The notes below the pieces were generated by a model. It made no database searches, was not told the origin of the DNA, and saw nothing but the letters and a program-made list of their open reading frames with translations. Of a stretch of 48,978 bases of DNA, positions 1 through 11,403 are shown one piece after another (within the stretch, counting starts at the first letter, position 1; each line of letters starts with the position of its first letter). The stretch covers positions 1 through 48,978 of the forward strand of contig NW_021834387.1 of assembly GCF_006345805.1 (NCBI RefSeq), read 5' to 3'. This stretch comes from Octopus sinensis. Lineage: Eukaryota. The translations under genes were made by a program, and so were the position numbers.

Positions 1-189
1 CTAAGTTACCAGCAATAAAGAAACGTTGGTAGATTCCCATTTGATTATTTTGCACTGAAACATTGACCCCGATACAAGAAACAACAACCAAATACAATTA
101 TGGGTCTAAATGAGGTACTGAGATATTCAGGGTCATTGGGGCAAAATTGATGGGCCTCTTGATTACAGATACTAAGAGATAAATAAATA

Positions 190-627
190 AAAGGTATGTA
201 TGTATATATGAATGTGTATATGTGTATATATATATGTATATGTATATGTATATATATATATATGTGTGTGTGCATGTATGTGTGCGTGTTGGATATTGAA
301 ACCTTACATATGCAAAAATATATTCCATATGTGTGCATGTGTGTGTGTATGAGTGTGTGTATGTACACAAACACACATATATATATGCATAGACAGACGC
401 ATAGGTATAGATAGTTAGATAGATAGAAAGATAGATAGATAGATGGATAGATAGATAGATTCATATATACGTACATATATATGTGCATGTGTATGTGAGT
501 GTGTGCGTGGTGTATATGTATGCACACAAGTGTGTATGTTGGTGGAAGCCACCCGTATAGTATGATAAATGTACATTTTGATACACACATACGTACATAC
601 ATGTGTTTATATCTGTATATGCAAGTG

Positions 628-663
<36 letters not shown>

Positions 664-800
664 GTATATATGTATGTATATATATATATATATATACGAT
701 AAATACATATACAAACACACGCACACGAGCACACATGTATACACTCAAATTTGCGCGCGCGCAGTAAGTGCGTATGTGTCTGTGAATGCTTGTGTGTATG
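190..800. repeat. Compound (TA)n/(TG)n/(GATA)n/(TATG)n microsatellite field
   Basis: Direct reading; it produces the YIYI/MYVC/HTHT pseudo-ORFs in the track. Confidence 0.95.
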
Positions 801-896
801 AGTGTGTTAAGAAAAGCGAAAAGCAATTATAAAATTAGAAAAAGCTGGTTATCGGTGGAATTTGTAGTGAATTACTGCTATTTCTAGCGGACGGGT

Positions 897-948
897 GGCC
901 ACCACTGAAGATGAGCACAAATAGTTCGAACCGGTCGGTCTAGTGGTC
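897..948 (+). ncRNA. Degenerate type I hammerhead-like motif
   Basis: CTGAAGA 905-911, extra T, stem II GAGC/GTTC around ACAAATA, GAA (one A short of GAAA), CCGG, TC. Stem I is only ACC/GGT plus distal GGCC/GGTC. Confidence 0.35.
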
Positions 949-1966
949 CCGTCGTTGTCGTTGCAAGATGGTATGGGTTCGCTCTCCTATTTGCAATATA
1001 TACCGGATGCAGATGGCATCGACAACCGGTTGGAGGAGGCGTCCTTCTGGGGTTAAAATAGCCATGTTGAAGTGTTAAAAAGAATTACTGAGAAAACTCT
1101 CAGACATATATATATATATATATATATATGCCTGTAATTTAACTACATCCGCAAGTGAGGATCCAGATCGGGAATTCGGGTTTCTAGTTGGCATGCAGTT
1201 ACCTCTTAGTCACCACTGCTCCTAGGTCCACTCTGGCTCTGGCCTGGGAAGATAGTCCCTGTCAAGGGACCTAGTCATAGGTCAAATAGAAAAACATGGT
1301 CCTGCAGCGTAGGCACACAAAACTCGAAGGAGTACTGGTCCCCCTAGACATTGGTCACGCTGGCCTTGTAGAGTGTGGACATGCCTTTATATCACGCAAA
1401 CCAGTCCCTCGGCCTAAGGCTTAAATAAGTATTGTGCCACAAGGGTAATCTCGAAAGGGTAGGATACTCGCCGAGTATATGTGTGTAAAGAGACCGGGAG
1501 AAGATATCAGGTGTCTTTCCTAAAAAAATAACATGAATTTTCTGACTGTGGTATGGTGGAAAGTGTTGTCCAACACCTATAAGAAAGGAACTGCACACGA
1601 AGGGAGAGAGTGGGGAAGAAAGAGTTTGCGAAAGAAACAAACAGTCAGAAAAGAAGGGCAATTCTTATGTTACTTGTCATTACTTCGAAGACTGTGGATA
1701 GAAAGTTATCATCGGACCGAAGGCATACAGAGTGGACTCCGCTAAAATCATCCAAGTTTCCAGGTAGTGATGTCAAATCGGACGGGAAATTAAGCATACC
1801 AGACACGAATAGAATAGAGAGAGATAAAAACAGATACACAGATACATTCATATACATACTTATATATAATATATATATTTGTGCCTTTCGAAACACGTGT
1901 AGAATGAAATAAAACGATTTCTGTTCAATCTGCGTTCAGCTCCATTTCTTCAATTCACCAATAATG

Positions 1967-2020
<54 letters not shown>

Positions 2021-2330
2021 CAGAGAGAGAGAGAGAGAGCAAGGTTATGAGAGGTAATGGTGTCAATAAGACCCAAAGGTGTCAGGTAACGCTGAGTAAG
2101 TGCTATTGGCACACCACAGTTAAGCTCCAGGTTCGGTGATTACGCGAATAAGGAGTCCAACGTAGGTCATATACCAGCCTGTGTATATATATATTTTTTG
2201 TTTCAGAATGAGATAAAAAAACCAAGGCTGTCAAGATTTTAGAATATTTATCAATAGGTCTTACAGTTATCTTCTATTTATAAATGTTTTAAAATCTTCA
2301 CAGCCTCGGTTTTTTATCTCATTCTGAAAA

Positions 2331-2364
<34 letters not shown>

Positions 2365-2421
2365 GTGTGTGTGTGTGTGTATGTGTATAGAGAGATAACG
2401 ATATATATATATATATATGTA

Positions 2422-2735
2422 GTGGGGTGGAGTACTCCGTCGGTTACGACGACGAGGGTCCCAGCTGATACGATCATCGGAATAGCTTGCTCGTAAAACG
2501 TGCAAGTAGCTGTGTACCTTTAACGTAGTTCTCAGAGAGATTCAATGTGACACAGAGTGTGACAAGGCTGGCCCTTTGAAATACAGGTACTTCCCATTTT
2601 TGCCAGCTGAGTGGACTGGAGCAATGTGAAATAAAGTGTTTTCGCTCAAGGATACAACGCGTCGCCGGATATTGAACTCACGACCTTACGATCGTAAGCC
2701 GAATGCTCTAACCACTCAGCCACGCGTCTTCCCAC
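2422..2735 (-). mobile_element. tRNA-derived SINE, family D
   Basis: Minus strand gives an A-box TGGCTGAGTGG and B-box GAGTTCAATATCC, then ccttgagc..aacactttatttcacattgctccagtccactcagctggc. Homologous to 21461-21790. Confidence 0.85.
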
Positions 2736-2746
2736 ATGTATGCATA

Positions 2747-2793
<47 letters not shown>

Positions 2794-2797
2794 CCAC

Positions 2798-2830
<33 letters not shown>

Positions 2831-2848
2831 TGTATGTATGTATATATA

Positions 2849-2881
<33 letters not shown>

Positions 2882-3094
2882 GTCCCCATATATATATATG
2901 TATATATACACTTGTACACACACACACACACACACAGAGGAAAAAAGGAGGGAGGGGTAGAGGAGTTGCAAGTTTCGACATTGTTGTCCTTACATATTCT
3001 CCTCTCTGATTTTGGAAGATACTTCTACATCTCCAGGGCAACGTATCTTTGACTGTACATGAATTTTCTTTTTTTTTTTTTTTTTCACAAATAA

Positions 3095-3450
3095 CTATGT
3101 CACCTATGATATGTTTGCACTTGGTAGAAGTTTTGATGAAAATGTTCCATCAGTATTCGCAGTGATATGTATGTACTCCCTACCACGGGTGTTGTTTGTA
3201 TATATCCCAGGGCTGTCATTTCTGCGGACGGCATTGTATATTGTTTTAGCAACAACATCATGTCACAATGGGAGGTAGTACCTCCCATTTTTGAACAGCT
3301 GTTGATTACATGTGTTATGTCCTCCACAGAAAGATGGCATAAATGACATTTGCGGTAGCGTCTTGAAATTTTAAGGGCTTCGCTGTATCATTTGTTCATG
3401 AGATATTTTGTAGTTATCTCCTTCAAGACAAGAAGTGATATAATGTGGTC
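3095..3450 (-). mobile_element. R4/Dong-like non-LTR retrotransposon fragment (CCHC zinc-knuckle region), frameshifted
   Basis: Minus-strand translation across frames: ITTKYLMNK, KCHLCHLSVEDITHVINSCSKM, RYYLPL*HDVVAKTIYNAVRR. Confidence 0.75.
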
Positions 3451-3483
3451 GCGAGTCCAGGTAAACATCATGTAAATATAGGA

Positions 3484-3680
3484 TTCAAATTTTGGCACAA
3501 GGCCAGCAATTTGGGGTAAGGTCCTAGTCAATTACATCGACCCTAGTACTCAACTGGTACGTATTTTAACGATCTCGAAAGGATTAAAGGCAAAGTCGAT
3601 CTCGGTGGAGCGTTAAGACGGACAAAATGCCGCTGAGCATTTTACCCGGCATGCTAACGATTCTGCCAGCTCGCCGCCTT
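3484..3680 (-). mobile_element. tRNA-derived SINE, family B (short tail)
   Basis: Reverse complement of ggcggcgagctggcagaatcgttagc head, gactttgcctttaatcctttcg core and ccttgtgcc tail; internal deletion of the B-box. Confidence 0.85.
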
Positions 3681-3842
3681 AAAACTTCCTTTAATATTGT
3701 CATCTTTTTCTATTTTACGGATGATATACCTATGCCTAACCGTTTTATAGTATGCAAAGGGTTTCTTTTACAGGTCTATAATGTGATTTGCGAGCTCTGT
3801 ACTTCTGGGTTCGTACGGGACTCAGCAGGAATTGAACTTTTC

Positions 3843-4090
3843 TATGTATGTATGTATGTATGTATGTATGTATGTATGTATGTATGTATGTATGTATGTT
3901 TGTGTATGTATGTATCTATGTATGTATGCCTGCATGTTCGTATGCATGTTTGTATGTATTTACATATATGCGTATGTATGCCAGCATGTTTGGATGCATA
4001 TATGCATGCATGTATGTATTTATGTATTTACGTATGTATGTATGTATGTATGTATGTATGTATGTATGTATGTATGTATGTATATGTATG
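3843..4090. repeat. (TATG)n microsatellite
   Basis: Direct reading. Confidence 0.95.
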
Positions 4091-4704
4091 TGTAAATGGT
4101 TAACAGCCCGATTCATAGAGCATAGCACGTGGATATTACAAACTTAATCGTGAATTAATTAAAGACTAAATAAATAAATACATAAATAAATAAATAATCC
4201 ACCGTCGTATGGTATTTGAAACAGCTTATTTGAGATATAATTTTTTTTTATCACGAATCGTAATAGTTATAATGTTTCAGTATGTACTGATGATATACTG
4301 TCAGTTTACTGAAATGGGTGATCAATGCGTATACATGTTTGTGTCTTGTTTGTATGAAAGTCTTATATGGGGGAGTGAGAAAGAATTAGAATGAGGCAGG
4401 GAGAGAACAAGAGAGTTTTAAAAGAGGCTGAAGAGAACGGGAAGGACAAATATAAAGAGCGTAACGTAAACTGACAACGCTTTTGTACCTAGCACTCTTA
4501 CTCAAATACCGCTCTATTACCACTACCAGTTTTTCGTTATCTTCCCAAGAATTTTTTCTCTTTTTATTTTTAGTGCAAGAACTTCTTTTATGCATTATTC
4601 TGTTTTGTCTTCAGCATGATGGTTTCTGATCAGCACGATGGCTTTGTGTTCAGCTCGATTGCTGAGCGGTTAAGGAAGTGGACTTAAGTTTCAATGGACA
4701 CTAA

Positions 4705-4926
4705 AACAGTGAGTTAGCAGATTCGTTAACGCACCGGGCAAAATACTAAGCAGCATTTTGTCCGGTCTGTCCTCATGTTCTGAGTTCAAATGCCGTCGAA
4801 GTCGACTATGCCTTTCATCTTTTCGGATTCGATAAAATAAGTACCAGTTAAGTACTGAGATCGATGTAATCGACTCGCCCCCTCTCGCAAAGTTTCAGGT
4901 CTTGTGCCTAAAGTGGAAAGGGTTAT
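4705..4926 (+). mobile_element. SINE family B (short tail), diverged
   Basis: gtgagttagcagattcgttaac head, ctgagttcaaatgcc B-box, gcctttcatcttttcggattcgataaaataagtaccag core. Confidence 0.85.
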
Positions 4927-5120
4927 TTCAAGAGAATTTTGAATTTGTGTGCAAATTTTGGAAAATATTCCTTGGGAAATGGTGACGCTGTTTCAAGACA
5001 GACCAGTGTTGATTCCTATAGATTAGGTATCTTAATTGTTACGACGAGCGACCATGGGAGAGAACTCCGAACAATATTTTATTTTATTGTGTCTGGGGAA
5101 AGTCACTCTTGTTCTGTGCC

Positions 5121-5197
5121 TTATTACTTAACACACTCACCGGTGCGATTGTCGGTAATTTATTTTTCTTTCAACCGGTGAGTGTGTTAAGTAATAA
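5121..5197. repeat. Perfect 24-bp inverted repeat with 29-nt loop
   Basis: ttattacttaacacactcaccggt (5121-5144) is the exact reverse complement of 5174-5197. Confidence 0.95.
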
Positions 5198-5204
5198 AGT
5201 ACTT

Positions 5205-5400
5205 GTGTGGACGCGCCCGGACGATGAAGTAGGCTAGCCCAATACGTAGATATAGAGGGAGAAGCCTAGACGTCAGGAGTAGTAGAGTAGCGGAGAGAGT
5301 AGTAGAGTTAGTAGAGGCCATCCGAACGTGCGCCATGACAGTAGCGACGAGGATTTCGTAGCTCACACAGCCACTGTGTAGTATTGCGATATAACAGTAC
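5205..5400 (+). promoter_or_regulatory. CpG-rich promoter-like or LTR-like patch
   Basis: Local CpG enrichment, CCAAT near 5239, CRE-like GACGTCA near 5270 and gtagtagag repeats. Motif content only. Confidence 0.2.
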
Positions 5401-5964
5401 TAAAAACGAATGACTCTCCCCAGACAGAATAAAATATGCTTCAACACACGAATTCACATAAAGAATTTTGCAAACCAAATACCAAAACGGAATTATTTTA
5501 TTTGTTTGCCTTTTTATAAGGCGGTGAACACCAAAAATTGTGCAGGGTTCAAAAAAACATATTTGCTCAATGACTTAATATCATTATATGCATGTCGACA
5601 AGTGCGGGTATGTTATAGCCATATTCTTCCGGGTATGTTATAGCCATATTGTCAAACATAAGAGGAAAAACAGCGTGTCCTGTTTCGGTTTAAACTAATA
5701 GTTCTTCGTCAATTAATCAATTGGTCAATTAGATAATTAGTCAGTGATCTGTGAAACCTGTTGAGAATAGTTGTTAACGGCATAGATGATGATGAGTAAG
5801 ACATTGTTTTCTCATATTGATACGGAAGGTTGCTCATTTGATGGGATGTATTTAGTCAATTCAACCAGCTGCTGTAGGAAGAAGAGAAGAAAAACCTTCA
5901 AAGCATAACCAAAATAAACAACGATGACGCTGAAGGGAATGAGGCAGAAGTTGAAGAGAGGGAT

Positions 5965-5980
5965 GGTGATGGTGTTGATA

Positions 5981-6017
<37 letters not shown>

Positions 6018-6254
6018 CGACGACGATGATAATGATGATGACGACGACGACGACGGTGATAATGATGATGATGATAACGATGATGATTAAGACGATAATG
6101 ACGACGACGACGATGATAATGATGATGATGACGATGATGACGACGACGACGACGATGGTTAAGACGATGATGACGACGACGGTGATGATGATGAGTAGGA
6201 GGAGGCGGACGACGACGATGTCGACGACGATGTTGACGATGACAATGATGATGA

Positions 6255-6288
<34 letters not shown>

Positions 6289-6320
6289 GGTGGTGATGAT
6301 GACAACGATGACAATGACGG
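5965..6320. repeat. (GAT)n/(GAC)n/(GGT)n trinucleotide tract
   Basis: Direct reading. Confidence 0.95.
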
Positions 6321-6757
6321 AGAGTTGGAAGGGATGAAAAGTAGGGATGTGATGTGCAAATTTGCTGTTTACCAATACATCAATTCTGATCAAAACATAC
6401 CTATGATCAAAGACAATCCATCCATGACCTTGCTCTTATTTAAAAGGTATCAAAACCTACATTATTCGACGCTCTCCTCATCTTTCTTTATCTTTCAAAA
6501 AAATGCAATCGGCTGTTTTTATTCTCGATTTTCACAGCTAATTTTTAACAAGGTCAACGAGTGCATTGTTTCGGTGGTGGTGGTGGTGGTGGTGGTGGTG
6601 GTGTTAAAGATAATCGTTATGATGATGGTAATGATGGTGTAAAGCGTATAAGGAGAAGATTAAAATAGAGGAAAACAAAAACAAAACATACAGAAAACGG
6701 AACAACAAAAACAAATATTCTCCTACCCACTTTTCATCCATCACCCCCATCCTATTT

Positions 6758-6793
<36 letters not shown>

Positions 6794-6916
6794 ACACATA
6801 TATACACTCACATATGCATACACATGCACAAAGACACTTGTTTCTGAATCTGTTTGAATTGGCCTCCGAATGACAATACCAACATCTGCCTTAGAACTCA
6901 TATAAAAAAATGAAAC

Positions 6917-7190
6917 GGCGGCGGGAGCGGCGGCGGGAGCGGCGGCGGCAGCGGCGACGGGAGCGGTGGCGGCAGCGGCGACGGGAGCGGCGGCGGCGGT
7001 GGCGGCGGAAGTCGTGTTGGTGGTGGACGTTGTCGTCGTTTGTTGTAGTGGTGGTGGTGGTGGTGGTGGTGGTAGTGGTGGTAGTGGTAGTGGTGGTGGT
7101 GGTGGTGGTGGTGGTGGCGCTGCTGGTGGTGGTGGCAGTGGTGCTGGTGGTGGTGGTGATGTTGTGTTACTGGTGACGGTGGTGGTTGCG
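6917..7190. repeat. (GGC)n/(GGT)n GC-rich trinucleotide tract
   Basis: Direct reading. Confidence 0.95.
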
Positions 7191-7280
7191 GTGTGATGTT
7201 TCTGCTGACACTGGTTGCAGTGTCAACGCTGATGGCAGCAATGGTAGCGTTGGTGGTGATGATGGTTATGAAGTTTGTCA

Positions 7281-7498
7281 GCGGCGAGCTGGCAGAATCG
7301 TTAGCACGCCGGTATTTCGTCTGCCGTTACATTCTGAGTTCAAATTCCGCCGAGGTCGACTTTGCCTTTCATCTTTTCGAGGTCGATTAAAGAAAGTACC
7401 AGTTAGGCACTGGGGTCGATGTAATCGACTTAATCCGTTTGTCAGTCCTTGTTTGTTCTCTCTGTGTTTAGCCCCTTGTGGGTAGTAAAGAAATAGGT
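7281..7498 (+). mobile_element. SINE family B (long tail)
   Basis: gcggcgagctggcagaatcgttagc, gagttcaaattcc, Deu/Nin-like core, tail ending gtagtaaagaaatagg. Confidence 0.92.
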
Positions 7499-7979
7499 TG
7501 TGAAGTTTGTTGATAGTTATGATGGTGAATATGGGTTACCGTAGTGATAGAGGCGGCAGAGGCGGGTTGGCAAAACATGTGTAAATCCTGATATTATGCT
7601 AACTGGGAAGAAATATGACGGTAGGAGTGGTGTTAGGTGTAGAGGATGGGGAGGATACAAGTTTGCGCAAGATTTCCGTACAAGTGTTTTACACATTGTT
7701 ATTCTTCCGGTGTTTTCGAGGTTTGCGGGTTCAACTTCAGGGAACGGACTTGCTTGACCTATCGGGATAAATCGGGTGTGAACTATGCACGTGTGTTGTC
7801 GGTCAGATGAGGACGAACAACTGTTTGTCTTCTTCATGCGTCAAACATACTGATAATGGTTTCGGAGAAGAGGTAGACGGGTGGTGGTGAGGATAGTAGA
7901 AGTGTTGATATCATTATTACTTATCTGTCTGTCGGTCCTTTACAATCGTGTTATATTGTTATATTCAAATTTAAAGTAT

Positions 7980-8379
7980 GTGAGCATGTGTGGCAAGTAG
8001 CTTGCTTGCCAACCAGCCACATGGTTCCGGGTTCAGTCCCACTGCGTAGCACCTTGGGCAAGTGTCTTCTACTATAGCCTCGGGCCGACCAAAGCCTTGT
8101 GAGTAGATTTGGTAGACGGAAACTGAAAGAAGCCCGTCGTATATATATGTGTGTGTGTGTATGTATATGTTTGTGTGCCTGTGTTTATCCCCCCAACATC
8201 GCTTGACAACCGATGCTGGTGTGTTTAAGTCCCCGTCACTAAGCGGTTCTGCAAGAGGGACCGATAGAATAAGTACTAGGCATATAAAGAATATATAAAG
8301 TCCTGGGGTCAATTTGCTCGACTAAAGGCGGTGCTTCAGCATGGCCGCAGTCAAATGACTGAAAACAATAAAAGATAAA

Positions 8380-8380
<1 letters not shown>
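7980..8380 (+). mobile_element. Bipartite tRNA-derived SINE, family A (CORE-like left part, central microsatellite, RTE-like 3' end)
   Basis: B-box gggttcagtccc, CORE-like gcaccttgggcaagtgtctt, (TA/TG)n linker, 3' gcggtgcttcagcatggccgcagtcaaatgactgaaa. Confidence 0.9.
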
Positions 8381-8422
<42 letters not shown>

Positions 8423-8461
8423 AGAAAGTTGGTGTGTGAAAGCACGTGGTTGAATATATAT

Positions 8462-8614
8462 AAAATAGTAAAATGTGAAAAACTACAGAAGGCTTGTTTT
8501 AAAAGGTTAAAAATATATATTTGTTTGATTCATTATGTCTGAAGAATGACTCAAACAAATATATATTTTTTAACTTTTAAAACAAGCCTTCTGTAGTTTT
8601 TTCACTTTTTACTA

Positions 8615-8618
<4 letters not shown>
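8462..8618. repeat. Near-perfect foldback (about 73-bp arms, 10-nt loop), MITE-like
   Basis: 8462-8534 is the reverse complement of 8545-8618 with a few mismatches or indels; loop ATGTCTGAAG. Confidence 0.9.
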
Positions 8619-8676
<58 letters not shown>

Positions 8677-8681
<5 letters not shown>

Positions 8682-9245
8682 AATAATGAGGGAGATAAAT
8701 TGAATATTAATTTAATTAATATCAATTGAAAACCAGTAGCCTAGCATGCAAAAATCTGAAAAATCAGAAAAAATTCTAATACATGGGTATATTTAAAGTG
8801 CTAAAAACCACTATGTGGTCAGCCATATGCTAGAAGTAGATCACCTACGATCAAATAACAAAGAAAAGAATGTTCTCTAAAGAAAAATTCAGTGGACACC
8901 AGAACAATATGCGGGCAAAACGGATGAAAATTATATAAAAAAAACAAGAATTAATCGCAGACCGGTGGTTTCGCCTATTAACGAATAAATCACTTACGTA
9001 ATCCTTCGTCCGTAGGGCTCGTCAGTACGATCGTTCCACAAGCAATATAATTTGTAAAACTAACCACCAGTTTTCCGTATAAAAACCGACACGTGCTTAG
9101 TTCCACCGATTACATTGGGGTTAATTTCAAATGTCTGAGTTCTGGCGAGCTAAATTCCGGAAACAAAATCTGCAGTAAATAATTTACTGCAGTTAATGCT
9201 GCCTATTAGAGAACATATTTATTTTTAAATTTAAATAATGAGGGA
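8677..9245 (-). mobile_element. Terminally redundant non-coding retroelement carrying a hammerhead (retrozyme/Penelope-like)
   Basis: 17-bp direct repeat atttaaataatgaggga at 8677-8693 and 9229-9245, HHR inside, flanked by (TA)n and (AAT)n. Confidence 0.6.
8954..9031 (-). ncRNA. Type I hammerhead ribozyme, intact core, GUC cleavage triplet
   Basis: Minus strand: ATCGTA-CTGACGA-GCC(C)TA...TAGGC-GAAA-CCACCGG-TC-TGCGAT. Stem I 6 bp, extended stem II (GACGAA/TTCGTT), short stem III. Confidence 0.8.
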
Positions 9246-9276
9246 CATAATAATAATAATAATAATAATAATGATG

Positions 9277-9321
<45 letters not shown>

Positions 9322-9327
<6 letters not shown>

Positions 9328-9467
9328 TCGAAAAATACCTGAGGAATGAGAACCGAGGTTCGAAATTTCCCCAAGATACTTGAAGAAGGCTGGAGGGTAT
9401 ATCAGCCGAAACGTTGTGTTAACAACAAACAAGATGAGGACAAATATCCATCGAATGTAAATAATGT
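9322..9467 (+). mobile_element. Family C body (headless copy) with degenerate hammerhead at 9375-9420
   Basis: Aligns to 13991-14135; core reads TTGAAGA (C3 to U), stem II GGCTG/CAGCC, GAAACGTT, GTGTT. Flanked by (AAT)n and (ATT)n. Confidence 0.85.
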
Positions 9468-9489
9468 ATTATTATTATTATTATTATTA

Positions 9490-9730
9490 GAGTTGGCAGA
9501 ATTATTAGCTTGCTGGACGGAATTCTTAGCAGTATTTCGTCTGCTGCTACGTTCTGATTTCAAATTCCGCAGAGGAATTCCGCCTTTTATCTTTTCGGGG
9601 TCGATAAATTAAGGACCAGTTACGCACTGGGGTCAACTTTGCTTTCATCCTTTCAAGGTCAATAAAATACCAGTTGAACACTGAACTCGGCCTCTCCCTT
9701 GAAATGGCTGCTCTTGTGGCAAATTTGATA
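9490..9730 (+). mobile_element. SINE family B, degenerate with partial core duplication
   Basis: gagttggcagaatt head, ttcaaattccgc, two copies of the ctttgc(c)tttcatcc/ggtc core. Confidence 0.75.
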
Positions 9731-9884
9731 CAATTATTATTATTATTCTATCTTTGACTTTTGCTTTACATTTGTACAAGTTGGTTCGAAGTCTCACCCA
9801 GAGACCTCAAGAGATAAGTTGGAAGTTCATGTTGGTGTTATGCCTAGGGTGCCATATATCTGGTTTTGTACTTAGTGTTGTACT

Positions 9885-9971
<87 letters not shown>

Positions 9972-9973
9972 TA

Positions 9974-10180
9974 GGCGGCGAGCTGACAGGAACGTTAGCA
10001 TAGTAGGCGAAATGCTTAGCGAATTTTGTCTGCCGCTATGTTCTGCGTTCAAATTCCGTCGAAGTCAACTTTGCCTTTCATCATTTCGGGGTCATAAAGT
10101 AAGTAAGTATGTTCACAGGGGTCAATGTAATCGACTTGACCGCTTTCCCCAAATTTCAGCCATTGTAGCAAAATTTGAAG
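9974..10180 (+). mobile_element. SINE family B (short tail)
   Basis: ggcggcgagctgacaggaacgttagc head, gcgttcaaattcc, core and tail. Confidence 0.85.
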
Positions 10181-10206
10181 CCATAATAATAATAATAATA
10201 ATAATA

Positions 10207-10268
<62 letters not shown>

Positions 10269-10561
10269 ACAGCGATAACAATGATGATAATTAGGATGTC
10301 ATCGACGGGGCGACTGCGAGGATTAGCGTGACATATGTTGATTTAACTTAAGGGTTTTATATAACAAGTAACATCAGACACGCGCACATTGACACATACA
10401 CACACACACATACACACAAACCACACACATATATGTGTGCGTGTATGCATGTCTGTATGTAAACAAAAATGATATAAGAGAAATAAATCAAGATTGGTCA
10501 GTAGCATGTATTTAAACAACATAGACGAATACACACACATACATATATATGTATGTATACT

Positions 10562-10615
<54 letters not shown>

Positions 10616-11023
10616 CATACGTATATGCAAATGTGGATGTCATAGCAATTTGCTCATTTACTTTATAATGATGCCATCTTTGGCAGGTGGTCAGGTGGCG
10701 GGTGGTGGAGTGACAACAGTAACGCTTCTTGCAAGGGTGACATGAATGGTCGACCTATCTATGTTTTTCTTTTGATTTTAAATGTCTTGGTATGCTCCTA
10801 TCGTACCCACTGTTCCACCCTCGTATAGCAATCTCTGTCTGTCTGTCTGTCACTCTCTTTCTCTTTCTCACTCTCTATGTCTCTCGCAATCTCTCTTTCT
10901 CTTCATATGGGCATGTATGTGGGGTATCTGTGTGTGTATGTGTAAAAATACATAACTAAGTATATACATACACATATGTATATATGTATGCATATATATA
11001 TATAATATATATATATATATATC

Positions 11024-11072
<49 letters not shown>

Positions 11073-11170
11073 CACACATGTGTATGTATATATGTGTGTA
11101 TATATATATATCTATACACACATATATAGACATGCATACATATAAGTATATGTATGTATATATATATATG

Positions 11171-11215
<45 letters not shown>

Positions 11216-11230
11216 GTATATATATGTATG

Positions 11231-11263
<33 letters not shown>

Positions 11264-11344
11264 TATATACATATACATATATATACATATGCATATCTAT
11301 TTAAACACGTTCAAATATGTATGAATACATGTGTATGTGTATGC

Positions 11345-11403
<59 letters not shown>

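Noticed and set aside
45-832. Long ORFs of YIYI/MYVC/HTHT type here and throughout the window
   Set aside because: Translations of TA, TATG and CA microsatellites, open on both strands because the repeats lack stops.
5812-6393. Poly-Met/Ile/Asp ORFs, and a possible minus-strand acceptor near 5875
   Set aside because: The ORFs are GAT-repeat translations and the acidic frame has stops; the acceptor gives only 19 codons with no other support.
7517-7837. 106-aa minus ORF and a 54-aa Cys-rich plus ORF in a CpG-rich block
   Set aside because: No recognisable domain and no consistent splice-site pair.
9335-9370. CTGAGGA...GAAA upstream of the family C hammerhead
   Set aside because: Four unpaired bases before the stem, no stem I or UH site, and the other copy reads CTTAGGA.
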